Source: Podarcis cretensis (Eukaryota). From it: a stretch of DNA of 64,000 nt. The DNA lies in the NCBI GenBank assembly GCA_951804945.1, contig OX638149.1:37138001-37202000 (forward strand), given 5' to 3'. A program made the translations under genes and the position numbers. A model generated the notes under the pieces. That model was not told where the DNA came from. It was given only the letters and a program-made list of their open reading frames with translations, and did no database searches. Below, piece by piece: positions 62,183 to 64,000 of this stretch. Every line of letters starts with the position of its first letter. Positions within the stretch are counted from its first letter, which is position 1.

Positions 62183-62759
62183 TAATTGTACATGCAAATT
62201 TGTATTCTACACTATTTCTACATAATGCTAATTGTTTAATCCCCCCCACCCATGAAAGAGTTCAATCATACAGAAATGGTGCCTTCCTTTAATCCAAATT
62301 ACAGAACAAAAAAAATCAATGAATTTAAGAATGCTATGATAAAAGCATTCAGTGAAGTGTTAAAGGTACCTGAGCTGCCAAAAGGAATACTGTTGCCCTG
62401 AATTGACATCTATTTGCGGATTCCATTCATTTGCAGTTTATCCTACTTATGCTAGTATAGATGTAGCATTACAACTCTAATAAAGTAGTACATATTCAAA
62501 TAATCACAATTAGGAGGACTTAAGAGGTTCACATCCTGTGCACAGAGGTTTTAAGGCAGAAATAGCACAACAGCATTTTCTTTACTCCTAGTACTTTAAC
62601 CCAACAAACGGCTAAGCTAACAAGGTCATAAAATCACAAAGTGCAAAGAATAGATTGCCAGGATGCACTAATCATGGGAAGTAAATTAAATCCACAGATA
62701 CTGCAATATAAAATACAATGATCAAGACTTCTGTAGGGAACACAGATTATACAGTAGAC

Positions 62760-62916
62760 CAGTGGTGTCCATACTTTTTTCAAAGAGGGCCAGATTTGAT
62801 GAAGTGAAGGGCCATGAGGGCTGACCAAAGTTGTTGACCTTGTTTTTTAAGACTGAAGTTGTTGAGCTTTTTTTAGGGCCAGATTAGGGCCCTGAAACGG
62901 ACTTTGGACATGCCTA
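62760..62916. mobile_element. hAT-type MITE
   Basis: 8-bp TSD cagtagac; imperfect TIR cagtggtgtcca / tggacatgccta. Confidence 0.7.
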
Positions 62917-63469
62917 CAGTAGACCAACATGTTTATAAACTTAGAGGGTTCTATTCCATGCTGTATGAATAGAGTTTGTCTGCCCCCAAACATCTCCAGA
63001 GGGTTCCCCAACCTTCTAAAGCAGATTTTGAGGGAGGGGGGAGAATGCAGGGAAGAAGAGGGAGGAAAAGCTTAATTGAATACAACCCATAGCAGCCCAA
63101 AATCCTTTCTTCCTGTAGCCTACAAATTTTTGCTAGTTTGGGTAGCCAGCAAAATCTCTGCATTCCCCAGTACGGGAGGGAGCTCATTTCCAATGATTAG
63201 CATGACACAGGAGGTCTTTTAATGCTCAGCATGTCTGAGAGGTCTTTTAAGCAATTCTCCTCCCTGTTCTTAAGCTCAAGGAAAAGATTGAAGCATGTTT
63301 ATATGATGCTTATGATGTACCTGGAGGATTTTCAAAGCACAGTGCAACTGAAAATATTTAGGCCTGCAAAACCCAGGGCAGGGAGCAGGACATAAAGAAA
63401 AGCCATATACAGTCCAACAGAAAACACTGGAAAATTATCTTTTTGAGTAAGTGAAATACTTTACAATAA

Positions 63470-63618
63470 GGCGGATAGCTCAGTTGGTTAGAGCGTGGTG
63501 CTGATAACACTAAGGTTACAGGTTCAATCCTCATAATATACAGTTGCATATTCCTGCATTGCAGGGGGTTAGACTAGATGATCCTCTGGATCCCTTCCAA
63601 CTCTATGAGTCTATTCTA
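63470..63618 (+). mobile_element. tRNA(Ile-GAT)-derived SINE with a CR1-like 3' end
   Basis: A box tagctcagttgg, anticodon arm tggtg-ctGATaa-cacta, B box ggttcaatcc; no acceptor stem; tail ggttagactagatgatcctctggatcccttccaactctatga. Confidence 0.75.
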
Positions 63619-63825
63619 AGGTTTACAGGACTCACAGTGTAGTATGGAATGTTTAAATGTAAGGATCTATCCTACACGGAGAATAATAATTCCTGCAACA
63701 CTGCAATTCAAGATGTATTTCTACATATCATTTGTTGCCATTCTCATAACAGGCACATATAGGGCCTTCAATGTGTGTGAATTTCTGCTTGCTTTCATTT
63801 GAACTTTGATGAGTTTGGAGATACT

Positions 63826-64000
63826 CCTGCATGGTGTAGTGGTTAAGAGCGGTGGACTCGTAATCTGGTGAACTGGGTTCGCTTCCCCGCTCCTCCACAT
63901 GCAGCTGCTGGGTGACCTTGGGTTAGTCACACTTTTCTGAAGTCTCTCAGACTCACTCACCTCACGGAGTGTTTGTTGTGGGGGAGGAAGGGAAAGGAGA
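63826..64000 (+). mobile_element. tRNA-derived CORE/MIR-related SINE (Squam3-like), cut by the window edge
   Basis: tggtgtagtggttaagagc...ctgggttcgcttcccc...gctgggtgaccttggg CORE-like segment. Confidence 0.7.

Noticed and set aside
61200-63400. 3' UTR of G2E3 (upstream neighbour of SCFD1 in human)
   Set aside because: AT-rich with poly(A)-like hexamers on the minus strand, but no G2E3 coding exon is recognisable in the window, so it is unsupported.
63470-63545. tRNA-Ile(GAT) gene
   Set aside because: The acceptor stem does not pair and the sequence continues into a CR1-like tail, so it is a SINE head.

Overview
Vertebrate genomic DNA, most likely a squamate reptile; the Sauria-SINE, L2, CR1, BovB and Penelope repeat content points to a lacertid-type lizard (inference). 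The main feature is a complete 25-exon SCFD1 (SLY1, Sec1/Munc18 family) gene on the minus strand. Its ATG is at 58578 and its TAG at 18054-18056. I traced all exons by hand: every junction is GT-AG with compatible phases, giving a 1899-nt CDS and 632 aa, with a CpG-island promoter at about 58.2-59.0 kb. About 9.4 kb downstream on the same strand lies an isolated final coding exon of an OPN5-group (neuropsin-like, probably OPN6-like) opsin at 8658-8368. Its splice acceptor, retinal-binding Lys and NPxxY/FR motifs are intact, but the conserved TM6 Trp codon reads TAG, and I could not find its upstream exons. The rest of the window is introns and intergenic DNA rich in transposable elements. Notable structures include inverted SINE and MITE pairs around SCFD1 exons, a 41-bp intronic hairpin, a Penelope hammerhead-ribozyme motif, a DIRS remnant and a solo LTR.
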